Shown here: positions 25,141 to 32,000 of the stretch, in pieces
Numbering within the stretch: position 1 is the first letter of the stretch
Layout of the letters: each line of letters begins with the position of its first letter
Assembly (NCBI GenBank): GCA_001790095.1
Contig: MGBH01000001.1
Location: 570,001 to 602,000, forward strand
Length of the DNA stretch: 32,000 bases
Direction of reading: 5' to 3'
Source of the DNA: Candidatus Saccharimonadota bacterium
GTDB lineage: Bacteria; Patescibacteriota; Microgenomatia; UBA1406; GWC2-37-13
Translations under genes and position numbers: made by a program
Notes under the pieces: generated by a model
Databases searched by the model: none
Seen by the model: the letters and a program-made list of their open reading frames with translations, nothing else
Told to the model about the DNA's origin: nothing

Positions 25141-26739
25141 ATGCATTTGATCAAGAAAATACCGCACAAGATATACGCAATTCATCTCGTCATTTTACTT
25201 TTTCTTCTTGCTAAGAATCCTTTTTCCACCCGTACCCTCATCCCCAATCTAGAGCCATACCCTGATACGATCTACTACATAAGCTCTGCAATGAGCTTTA
25301 TCAAAGGGGAAACCATAATACCAACCACCATCCCACCGCTTTACTCATTATTCCTTTTACCTTTTTTTGTATTAAAATCAGATGCGCGAATGTTTTATGT
25401 TGGCAACGCCATACTTTCCCTTGCTTCTTTAACTTTTTTCTATCTAACAATCCGTAGACTAGCCCGCAATAACCTTATCATGGGAATGAGCCTTTTCCTG
25501 TATGTCACCAACTACTTTATATATTGGTATCCAAGTCTTGCAATGGCTGAAAACCTTACTCTTACCCTCTTTAACGTAAGTACATATCTTCTCTTAGCAA
25601 GATCAAACAAACGAAGCTCAATATTGTCAGGCATCCTTGTTATTGCGTTTTACATGACCAAGTATGCAAGCTTACCTTTGTCGGCTATCTACTTTTTTGC
25701 TTATTCGATAAAAGTAGCGAAAGACAAAGCTAAAAACAAACTAATGAACTTTCTCTTTTTTGTAGGTTCTAGTATCTTGGTTTTTCTCATTTTTTCTTTA
25801 TGGGAGTTTTGTACAAAAGGATCAACGCTCATTGCCACAATATTTAACACTATTGGTTCTTTACTTCTTAACTCTCAAAAACAAGTAGGTAATATAGCCG
25901 CAACTAACGATTGGTTTTCTTTTGGATACTTAAGCACTCATCTACCAGAATACTTGAGAGCGATTGTGGGAGGGTATTCCGTACGTTTTTTATGGGAAGG
26001 AACCCCTCTTATCCCCTTTTTTGTGGGATCAACGGGAATACTTGGTTTATTTATAGGACTAAGAAGCCAAAAAACGCGTCATATTTGCGGGTCTTTGATA
26101 GGTATGCTCTTCATTAGTATTTTGTTTATGTCTACATTTTATGCTATTGATATGCGCTATCTATATCATGCAATTCCAACGCTCATCATCGGATTTGTAA
26201 TATTTTGGGAAACATTAAAATCGTTTGTTACTCGGTTTACTGTGTTAAAAAAAATTGGATCGTTAGTGTTTATAGGCTTACTGTTGTTTTATTTTACGGG
26301 CAGTGTGGTTCGTCTCAAAACCCAGATAAGCATTAATCTTAGGTATGCCGAAACCCCATGGTATTATCTGTCGGTTATACAAATGAATGAGTATTTCAAG
26401 ACTAAAACCTCTAAGAAACCATACGTCATAACCGCTATGATCCCTTATTATGTCGATTATTTTAGTAATCATAATTATAAGCTTTTGCCTCTTTCACCAT
26501 CACAGGATTTTTTCAAGAAATACAACAAAACCATCTGGGGTAAAGATAATTACTCAGATCTTACACGGCTATATCAAAAGAAGATCTCTCAAAACAATGA
26601 AGTATATTTATTAAGCTACCTTGGAAGTGACGGAAACATCAAAAAAGACATGGAAGAAATCCAAAAAAACTTTTCTTTAACTTTAGTAAAAACTGGTTGT
26701 TATGGTTCGTGTAACATTTGGAAGATTAACATCAAATGA
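25141..26739 (+). CDS. Polytopic membrane glycosyltransferase, GT-C fold (GT39/GT83 ArnT/PMT-like)
   Basis: 532 aa with about 11-12 TM segments followed by about 130 C-terminal soluble residues. The first loop is PYPDTIYYISSAMSF.KGE. It is divergent from the polyprenyl-P GT2. Confidence 0.55.
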   Translation: MHLIKKIPHKIYAIHLVILLFLLAKNPFSTRTLIPNLEPYPDTIYYISSAMSFIKGETIIPTTIPPLYSLFLLPFFVLKSDARMFYVGNAILSLASLTFFYLTIRRLARNNLIMGMSLFLYVTNYFIYWYPSLAMAENLTLTLFNVSTYLLLARSNKRSSILSGILVIAFYMTKYASLPLSAIYFFAYSIKVAKDKAKNKLMNFLFFVGSSILVFLIFSLWEFCTKGSTLIATIFNTIGSLLLNSQKQVGNIAATNDWFSFGYLSTHLPEYLRAIVGGYSVRFLWEGTPLIPFFVGSTGILGLFIGLRSQKTRHICGSLIGMLFISILFMSTFYAIDMRYLYHAIPTLIIGFVIFWETLKSFVTRFTVLKKIGSLVFIGLLLFYFTGSVVRLKTQISINLRYAETPWYYLSVIQMNEYFKTKTSKKPYVITAMIPYYVDYFSNHNYKLLPLSPSQDFFKKYNKTIWGKDNYSDLTRLYQKKISQNNEVYLLSYLGSDGNIKKDMEEIQKNFSLTLVKTGCYGSCNIWKINIK

Positions 26740-27617
26740 ATACACCTCTCGTTCTTCTCATCTTTAACCGTCCTGATTTGACGCGGCGCGTGTTTGAGGT
26801 GATTAAAAGAATCAAGCCAAAACAACTTTTTATTATCTCAGACGGGCCAAGAAAAGACAGTATAGAAGATAAACAATTAATCACCAATACACGAAACGTT
26901 GTCAAAAACATCAATTGGCAATGTAAGGTATATAGAAAATACTCCTTAAAAAACCTTGGCTGTAGAGAGTCAGTATCAGACGGTCTCAACTGGGTATTCA
27001 CAAAAGTAGATAAAGCAATCATACTTGAGGATGACTGTGTTCCCGACCCAACTTTCTTTAGGTATTGTGAAGAACTTCTTAAGAAATATGAAAAAGATGA
27101 CAAAGTTATGATGATCTCTGGTAACAACTATATTGGAAAACAATCAGCGTATAGTTATGGGTTTTGCCGGCACTCACTCATATGGGGATGGGCAACATGG
27201 AAAAGAGCGTGGGTAAGTTATAACCAAACTTACACTTCTGGATTACAGAGTCTTGATAAAGAATATGACCGCCTCTCTCAAATGATGCCAAAATCAAGAC
27301 TTCTAGCAATTCAAAAAACACTCCAAGGAAAGATTGATACGTGGGATTATGTTTGGCAACTTGCGATATTGTTACATAATGGACTTTGTATTTTTCCCAT
27401 GAGAAATCTTGTTCAAAACATAGGGTTTGGGAAAAAGGCCACACACACCAAGAGGATTACATTCCATACCTTGATAAAAGCTCAACCCCTCTCATTTCCT
27501 TTAATCCACCCCAAAAAAATTAGTGTAGATCCTTTATTTGACAGATTGATCGCAAAGACCTATCAACCCTTCTATATGATGCTTGATATTCTCAAGCATT
27601 ATTTGATAAGAGTATAG
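26736..27617 (+). CDS. GT-A fold glycosyltransferase resembling GnT-I (GT13)/HlpA-like bacterial proteins
   Basis: 293 aa. The N-terminal PLVLLIFNRPDLTRRVFEVIKRIKPKQLFIISDGPR and the AIILEDDCVPDPTFFRY segment (EDD motif followed by P.FF.Y) parallel the GnT-I pattern as I recall it. Its ATGA overlaps the upstream gene. Confidence 0.5.
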   Translation: MNTPLVLLIFNRPDLTRRVFEVIKRIKPKQLFIISDGPRKDSIEDKQLITNTRNVVKNINWQCKVYRKYSLKNLGCRESVSDGLNWVFTKVDKAIILEDDCVPDPTFFRYCEELLKKYEKDDKVMMISGNNYIGKQSAYSYGFCRHSLIWGWATWKRAWVSYNQTYTSGLQSLDKEYDRLSQMMPKSRLLAIQKTLQGKIDTWDYVWQLAILLHNGLCIFPMRNLVQNIGFGKKATHTKRITFHTLIKAQPLSFPLIHPKKISVDPLFDRLIAKTYQPFYMMLDILKHYLIRV

Positions 27618-28363
27618 ATCGCCCTTATGATGTGGTTGTGAAGTTTGTGTAGTGCAATGATCGCCATGTTTTTTTGATATCTTTTTGCAACCTCTACCTC
27701 TTCTTCAAATTGAAGGTTATATTGTGATCCGCTTTTGGAATCTTTGTGTATGCGAAAACCGGAAAGGGGAAGGGGGATAAAAGAAAGGGGGTACTTTTTC
27801 ATGATACGCAACCAAAAATCATAATCCATACAATAATGCAGTCTTTCATCTACATATCCGAACTCATCATGTAGACTTCTTCGCCAAAACGTGCTTGGCT
27901 GATTGACATAATTAGCAAATGACAATGTGTTAAAAGAGTTCGACATACGCAGCATATTTTTATAGACACGCACAGGTGATTGTATTTTTCTTCCCATCTC
28001 ATCAACTATGATGTAATCACCGGTTAACCAAACCGAAGTGTGGTGTTTTTCAAAATAATAAGCTACTCTATGTAAAGTACCTGGCATATAGAAATCATCA
28101 CTACCAAGCCATGCCACAATGTCTCCCTTTGCCATGCGTAATCCTTGATTTATAGCGTCAGATTGACCTTTGTCTTTTTTCGAAATCCATTTTAATTTAC
28201 CTTCATATTTTTTAAGAATTGAAACTGTCTCATCGGTTGACCCGCCATCCATAACAATATATTCAAGATTCGGATAACCCTGGCTTAGAACGCTTTTGAT
28301 AGTCTGCTCGATAAAACGCCCCTGATTAAAAGAGGGAGTTATAATGGAGATCTTTAATCGCAT
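27599..28363 (-). CDS. GT2 family glycosyltransferase
   Basis: I prefer the ATG at 28363 (MRLKISIITPSFNQGRFIEQTIKSVLSQGYPNLEYIVMDGGSTDETV...) over the TTG at 28375. The DxD region is LGSDDFY. It has a 19-nt convergent overlap with 26736-27617. Confidence 0.85.
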   Translation of the reverse strand: MRLKISIITPSFNQGRFIEQTIKSVLSQGYPNLEYIVMDGGSTDETVSILKKYEGKLKWISKKDKGQSDAINQGLRMAKGDIVAWLGSDDFYMPGTLHRVAYYFEKHHTSVWLTGDYIIVDEMGRKIQSPVRVYKNMLRMSNSFNTLSFANYVNQPSTFWRRSLHDEFGYVDERLHYCMDYDFWLRIMKKYPLSFIPLPLSGFRIHKDSKSGSQYNLQFEEEVEVAKRYQKNMAIIALHKLHNHIIRAIYTLIK

Positions 28364-28384
28364 ATTAATAATCAATTTTCAATA

Positions 28385-28459
28385 TTCAATTATCAATTAA
28401 ATCTCAATTAATTATTGAGTCAATGAAAATTCATTGAAAACTGAAAATTGATAATTGAA
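28385..28459. repeat. AT-rich nested palindromic spacer
   Basis: A 14-bp perfect inverted repeat (ttcaattatcaatt at 28385-28398, aattgataattgaa at 28446-28459) encloses two small hairpins. These are ctcaat-taatt-attgag (28403-28419) and tcaatga-aaat-tcattga (28420-28437). Confidence 0.6.
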
Positions 28460-28461
28460 AA

Positions 28462-29406
28462 TTAAACGAACGGATTCTGGTAATACCACTCTACTGTTTT
28501 TTTTAGGCCTTCGTTAAAAGGTGTTTTTGCTTTAAAACCGAACTCTTTTTTTGCCTTTGATGTATCAAGGCTTCTTCGCGGCTGACCATTTGGTTTTGAT
28601 CTATCCCAAACGATATCTCCCTCAAATGCCATAAGTTTGACCAGCATCCCTACAAGCTCATCGATTCGTATCTCAAATCCTGCTCCGATATTCACAGGTT
28701 CTGTCTTTTCATATTTTGCAGTTGCTTTCACTATGGCTAAAGCTGCATCTTCAACGTAAAAAAACTCACGGGTTGCAGACCCATCACCCCATACTATGAT
28801 TTCTTTTTTTCCATTCCTTTTTGCTTCATAAATTTTTCTGATAAGCGCTGCAATCACATGGGAACTTTTTGGATCAAAGTTGTCCCCAGGTCCGTACATA
28901 TTAACCGGTAAAAGATATATTCCCCTGAAGTTATACTGTCTCTTATATGCCTGCATCATCACAAGCAGGGCTTTTTTTGCGATACCATAGGGTGCGTTAG
29001 TCTCTTCCGGATATCCGTTCCATAAGTTTTCTTCCTTAAAGGGGACGGGGGTATATTTTGGGTAAGAACAGATCGTTCCAATCTGCACAAACTTCTTAAC
29101 TTTATTTATGCGAGAGGCCTCAATCAAATTGACTCCCATCGTAATATTGTCATAAAAAAGAGCACCGGGATTTTCCCTGTTGTAACCTATCCCTCCCACA
29201 TTGCCTGCTAAATTAATCACTATATCAACTCCCTTTGTAAGCTTGTTGCATATATCCGCTTCTCGAAGATCAAATTTGTGGCTTCGAGGAATTATGATAT
29301 CTGAAAGCTTTGCTCCTTGTTTTACCAATTCCTTACATACATAGGTCCCTACAAATCCTGCTCCACCCGTCAATAAAATTTTTTTCTTATAAAAAAAATT
29401 GTTCAT
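28462..29406 (-). CDS. fcl: GDP-L-fucose synthase (GDP-4-keto-6-deoxy-D-mannose 3,5-epimerase/4-reductase)
   Basis: 314 aa with ILLTGGAGFVGT and NAPYGIAKKAL (YxxxK), plus LPVNMYGPGDNFDP..SHVI.ALIRK, which is characteristic of Fcl/WcaG. It is in the same transcription unit as gmd. Confidence 0.85.
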   Translation of the reverse strand: MNNFFYKKKILLTGGAGFVGTYVCKELVKQGAKLSDIIIPRSHKFDLREADICNKLTKGVDIVINLAGNVGGIGYNRENPGALFYDNITMGVNLIEASRINKVKKFVQIGTICSYPKYTPVPFKEENLWNGYPEETNAPYGIAKKALLVMMQAYKRQYNFRGIYLLPVNMYGPGDNFDPKSSHVIAALIRKIYEAKRNGKKEIIVWGDGSATREFFYVEDAALAIVKATAKYEKTEPVNIGAGFEIRIDELVGMLVKLMAFEGDIVWDRSKPNGQPRRSLDTSKAKKEFGFKAKTPFNEGLKKTVEWYYQNPFV

Positions 29407-29407
29407 A

Positions 29408-29749
29408 TTATTTCTTTACTATTAAGTCTTTCAGTGCCTCCTTACGTACGATCTCTGTAAGATTTCTCTCTAAATGTTCAATGCTTGATAGTAATTTAAA
29501 AAGCACAATGAAGACAATGACGAATCCAAAAAAGATAAGAGTATTGAGGTTCTCTCCAAATCCGAGAGTCTGGGATAGACGATGGACGACTGTGGGGAAA
29601 AGGGACGTAAAAAGTACTCCTCCCCAAACGGTCAGTGTCATCACGAGTTTGAATCCTGTCTGGGTCTTTTCACGCCTGATAAAACGTATGAATCGATTCA
29701 TCAAAAAATAAACTGAGATTGCGCTTAAAACCACTTGAATAATAGACAT
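29408..29749 (-). CDS. Small 3-4 TM membrane protein, DUF2304-like
   Basis: 113 aa with hydrophobic segments followed by a charged C-terminal helix (SSIEHLERNLTEIVRKEAL). It lies immediately downstream of a soluble GT2, the usual DUF2304 context. The family assignment is from memory. Confidence 0.5.
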   Translation of the reverse strand: MSIIQVVLSAISVYFLMNRFIRFIRREKTQTGFKLVMTLTVWGGVLFTSLFPTVVHRLSQTLGFGENLNTLIFFGFVIVFIVLFKLLSSIEHLERNLTEIVRKEALKDLIVKK

Positions 29750-29764
29750 GTATATAAACTTTAT

Positions 29765-30433
29765 TTAACCTGATAATAACATTTTCAACATTGTCTTTAC
29801 GGCGCCTAGATATGATTGTCTGTTTGTTTTGTTTTGGGAATAATGAGTATAACGGACGCTTATGGGCATTTCTGTATACTTTAGTTTGTGCCGAACTATC
29901 TCCCTCATGATCTCACTATCATATTCATACCTATCTGCAAAAATTTCAATGAGGTCAAGTGCCTTTTTTGAATAAGAGCGCATACCCGATTGACTATCTT
30001 GCACCCATAGTCCATATATTAACCAAGTGAGAAGATTGCCGAACCAGTTGCCTATTTTTTTGGCTATTGGAATATGTTTTTGGGTAAAATTTCGTTTTCC
30101 TAAGACTACATCGTATGAATCTAGGAGTTTAATCATGTTTTTTATGTCTTTTGGTTCGTGTTGGCCGTCTCCATCAAAAGTAATAACCCCCCTCGCACCA
30201 AGGAGTTTTGCAGCCTCAATCCCTGTCTTGATAGAGGCACCTTTGCCTCGGTTAAGTATGTGGCGCAGAACCGTCGCACCGCCTTCTTTTGCTTTGATAA
30301 AAGTATCATCGGTTGAACCATCATCTACCACAATGCAACGATCAAAACCATATCGATGAAGCTCCGCCAAGACTTGACCTATCACTTTTGATTCATTGTA
30401 AGTAGGTATAACGATATACATTTCTTTGTCCAT
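29765..30433 (-). CDS. GT2 glycosyltransferase, polyprenyl-phosphate sugar synthase-like (PpgS/DPM1-like)
   Basis: 222 aa with YIVIPTYNES, CIVVDDGSTDDT, GKGASIKTG and ITFDGDGQH (DxD). Confidence 0.7.
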   Translation of the reverse strand: MDKEMYIVIPTYNESKVIGQVLAELHRYGFDRCIVVDDGSTDDTFIKAKEGGATVLRHILNRGKGASIKTGIEAAKLLGARGVITFDGDGQHEPKDIKNMIKLLDSYDVVLGKRNFTQKHIPIAKKIGNWFGNLLTWLIYGLWVQDSQSGMRSYSKKALDLIEIFADRYEYDSEIMREIVRHKLKYTEMPISVRYTHYSQNKTNRQSYLGAVKTMLKMLLSG

Positions 30434-30449
30434 ACAGTTTTTCGGTATG

Positions 30450-31427
30450 TTATTTTTTTTGTAGCCTTTTAAGATCTGCTTTGACCATCATCTTTATAAG
30501 CTCTTTAAAAGTTACCTTTGGTTGCCATCCAAGTTTGTTCTTTGCCTTATCAATGCGCGCTCGAAGATGTGGTACCTCTGCAGGTCTTTTATAGCGGGGA
30601 TCAATAACAACGTATTTTTTCCAGTCACTCACTCCAATTTCCTTAAAGGCAAGATCAACAACGTCTTTTACGCTGTGATATGCGCCTGTACCTATCACAT
30701 AATCATCAGGTTCTTTTTCTTGAAGCATCAGATACATCGCTTCAACATAATCACCCGCAAATCCCCAGTCTCGTTTTGCGTCAAGGTTACCAAGTGAGAT
30801 GCTTTTTGTTAATCCCAGTTTAATCCTTGCAACACCGTCTGTAATCTTTCGCGTAACAAACTGTATGCCGCGAAGGGGTGATTCGTGATTAAAAAGGATA
30901 CCGTTAGCTGCAAATAAGCCATATGATTCACGAAAATTAACCGTCATCCAATAAGCGTAAACTTTTGAAATCCCATAAGGAGATCGTGGATGAAAAGAGG
31001 TTTTTTCGTCCTGATATCCTCCGTCGTTGCCAAGTCCAAACATTTCACTCGTTGATGCCTGATAAAATTTAGATGTTGGAGAGTTAAACTTGATCGTATT
31101 GAGAAGTGAAAGCACTCCAAGGGCGTTTATCTCTGTTGTTAACTTTGCCTGCTCCCAAGAAGATCCAACAAACGACTGTGCGGCTAGGTTGTATACCTCA
31201 GTTGGCCTTACATTTTTAATTATGTTGATAAGAGAAGACTCATCGGTCAGATCTCCCTCAACAAACTCAATTTTATCCATGATCCCCAAGAAGTTTAGAT
31301 TATCATAGTGTGGGGAAGAGTAACGGCGCATTAGTCCATATACCTTATATCCTTTTCCAAGAAGAAGCTCTGCGAGATAAGGACCATCTTGACCTAAAAT
31401 ACCCGTTATGAGTGCTGATTTTTGCAT
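30450..31427 (-). CDS. gmd: GDP-mannose 4,6-dehydratase
   Basis: 325 aa with ALITGILGQDGPYLAELLL.KGY.V.G..RR, SPYGISKVYAYW (YxxxK) and ILFNHESP.RG..FVTRKIT, which are hallmark Gmd motifs. Confidence 0.9.
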   Translation of the reverse strand: MQKSALITGILGQDGPYLAELLLGKGYKVYGLMRRYSSPHYDNLNFLGIMDKIEFVEGDLTDESSLINIIKNVRPTEVYNLAAQSFVGSSWEQAKLTTEINALGVLSLLNTIKFNSPTSKFYQASTSEMFGLGNDGGYQDEKTSFHPRSPYGISKVYAYWMTVNFRESYGLFAANGILFNHESPLRGIQFVTRKITDGVARIKLGLTKSISLGNLDAKRDWGFAGDYVEAMYLMLQEKEPDDYVIGTGAYHSVKDVVDLAFKEIGVSDWKKYVVIDPRYKRPAEVPHLRARIDKAKNKLGWQPKVTFKELIKMMVKADLKRLQKK

Positions 31428-31472
31428 ATAGTTTTACAACTCGTTAATAATTATTAGATTATACACTAATTA

Positions 31473-31481
31473 TGATACAAT
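31473..31481 (+). promoter_or_regulatory. Extended -10 TGaTACAAT, 6 nt upstream of the ATG at 31488
   Basis: This is part of a direct duplication of tgatacaa (31473-31480 and 31481-31488). The first copy places the hexamer 6 nt from the flippase ATG. Confidence 0.35.
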
Positions 31482-31487
31482 GATACA

Positions 31488-32000
31488 ATGATCCGTCGGA
31501 TTAAGTCCTTTGTAGCGCGCCCAACGAGCCGCGACATCATTATAAATACACTCGGCAATTATTTAAATGTTTTTTTCTCTGCTTTTTTTGTATATCTTCT
31601 TGTCCGGATTCTTGATCCAAATCAATATGGGGTGTTAAGCGTACTTTTTGGCATCGCATACGTGTTGGCAAACATTTTAGATTTTGGTACAACTGCAACG
31701 ATTTATTCATTTTTGCCCCCGCTTATAGATGAACGCAAACCGACCTTGTACAGATTTATTAAAAGCACTTTTTTCTATCAAACATTTTTTGCTCTTATCG
31801 TTATATCAACACTGTTTGTCACATTTCCCTATCTTGATAAGATTTTTTTCAAAACAGGCGCCCCAGTGCATGAACTATATATTACGGCCATCTGTGTTCT
31901 TTTTTTTATTTGGCAAAATTTTTTGGGGAACTGTCTCTATGCGGCAAAAAGAGTACTCCAGAATAATATTTATAATAATATAGCCAATGTCGTCAAGACC
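31488..32000 (+). CDS. wzx: 5' part of a Wzx-type polysaccharide flippase (MOP superfamily, Polysacc_synt-like); continues beyond the window
   Basis: This gene is absent from the ORF track because it has no stop. The frame is open for 171 codons from ATG 31488 to the window end. The translation MIRRIKSFVARPTSRDIIINTLGNYLNVFFSAFFVYLLVRILDPNQYGVLSVLFGIAYVLANILDFGTTATIYSF... has the typical N-terminal flippase pattern (L.R.L.P...G......... DFG). Confidence 0.65.
   Translation, partial: MIRRIKSFVARPTSRDIIINTLGNYLNVFFSAFFVYLLVRILDPNQYGVLSVLFGIAYVLANILDFGTTATIYSFLPPLIDERKPTLYRFIKSTFFYQTFFALIVISTLFVTFPYLDKIFFKTGAPVHELYITAICVLFFIWQNFLGNCLYAAKRVLQNNIYNNIANVVKT

Noticed and set aside
26732-27127. A 131-aa antisense ORF opposite the GnT-I-like gene
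   Set aside because: It has no motifs and is serine/leucine-rich. It overlaps a supported gene on the opposite strand.
31473-31489. Direct duplication of tgatacaa as a regulatory repeat or replication slippage mark
   Set aside because: It has only two 8-nt units in AT-rich promoter DNA. I kept it only as the source of a possible extended -10 box and not as a feature in its own right.
31729-31983. The 84-aa ORF from the track near the right edge
   Set aside because: It is out of frame with the longer open frame starting at 31488, which has a convincing flippase-like N-terminus and runs to the window end.
1-32000. Alternative genetic code (UGA or UAG reassignment), as in some uncultivated lineages
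   Set aside because: Genes terminate at TGA (for example 1897-1899, 19280-19282), TAA and TAG at positions consistent with full-length family members. No gene appears split by in-frame stops.

Overview
About 33 tightly packed genes, almost all for cell-surface glycan biosynthesis, from an AT-rich genome that uses the standard code (TGA, TAA and TAG all act as stops). No rRNA, tRNA, CRISPR array or classical IS element was seen. All product calls rest on motif recognition by eye, since no searches were possible.

Pathway content:
- 2-3445 (+): a WbpA/B/D/E-like operon for a UDP-2,3-diacetamido-2,3-dideoxy-hexuronic acid. Its likely 2-epimerase lies at 14904-15959 (-).
- 28462-31427 (-): GDP-L-fucose synthesis (gmd, fcl).
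- An AsnB-type amidotransferase, two extended SDR epimerase/dehydratases, about 11 glycosyltransferases (GT2, GT4-like, one GnT-I-like GT-A), three SAM methyltransferases and two family-3 O-acyltransferases.
- Two polyprenyl-phosphate-sugar-synthase-like GT2s, one paired with a DUF2304-like membrane protein, plus three large polytopic GT-C-like membrane proteins.
- A 5' fragment of a Wzx-type flippase at the right edge.

Most interesting observations:
1. A structured double-hairpin repeat fills every intergenic gap of the wbp-like operon. One copy has a 93-aa GIY-YIG nuclease ORF exactly between its two hairpins. This looks like an autonomous/non-autonomous mobile-element pair, analogous to REP/RAYT.
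2. A membrane-anchored protein with a transglutaminase-like Cys-His-Asp signature is embedded in the glycan operon.
3. Three paralogous GT-B glycosyltransferases are each followed by a decorating enzyme, inside a markedly AT-richer island.
4. -10-like hexamers sit 6-7 nt upstream of the start codons of most operon-head genes, and Shine-Dalgarno motifs are nearly absent. This suggests leaderless expression.
5. A small protein with a 9-aa tandem repeat has its own near-consensus promoter.
6. The window holds nine alternating-strand transcription units. Its convergent junctions are overlapping or nearly gapless and have no terminators.

The source organism cannot be determined from the sequence. 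The gene content and style are compatible with an uncultivated low-GC lineage.
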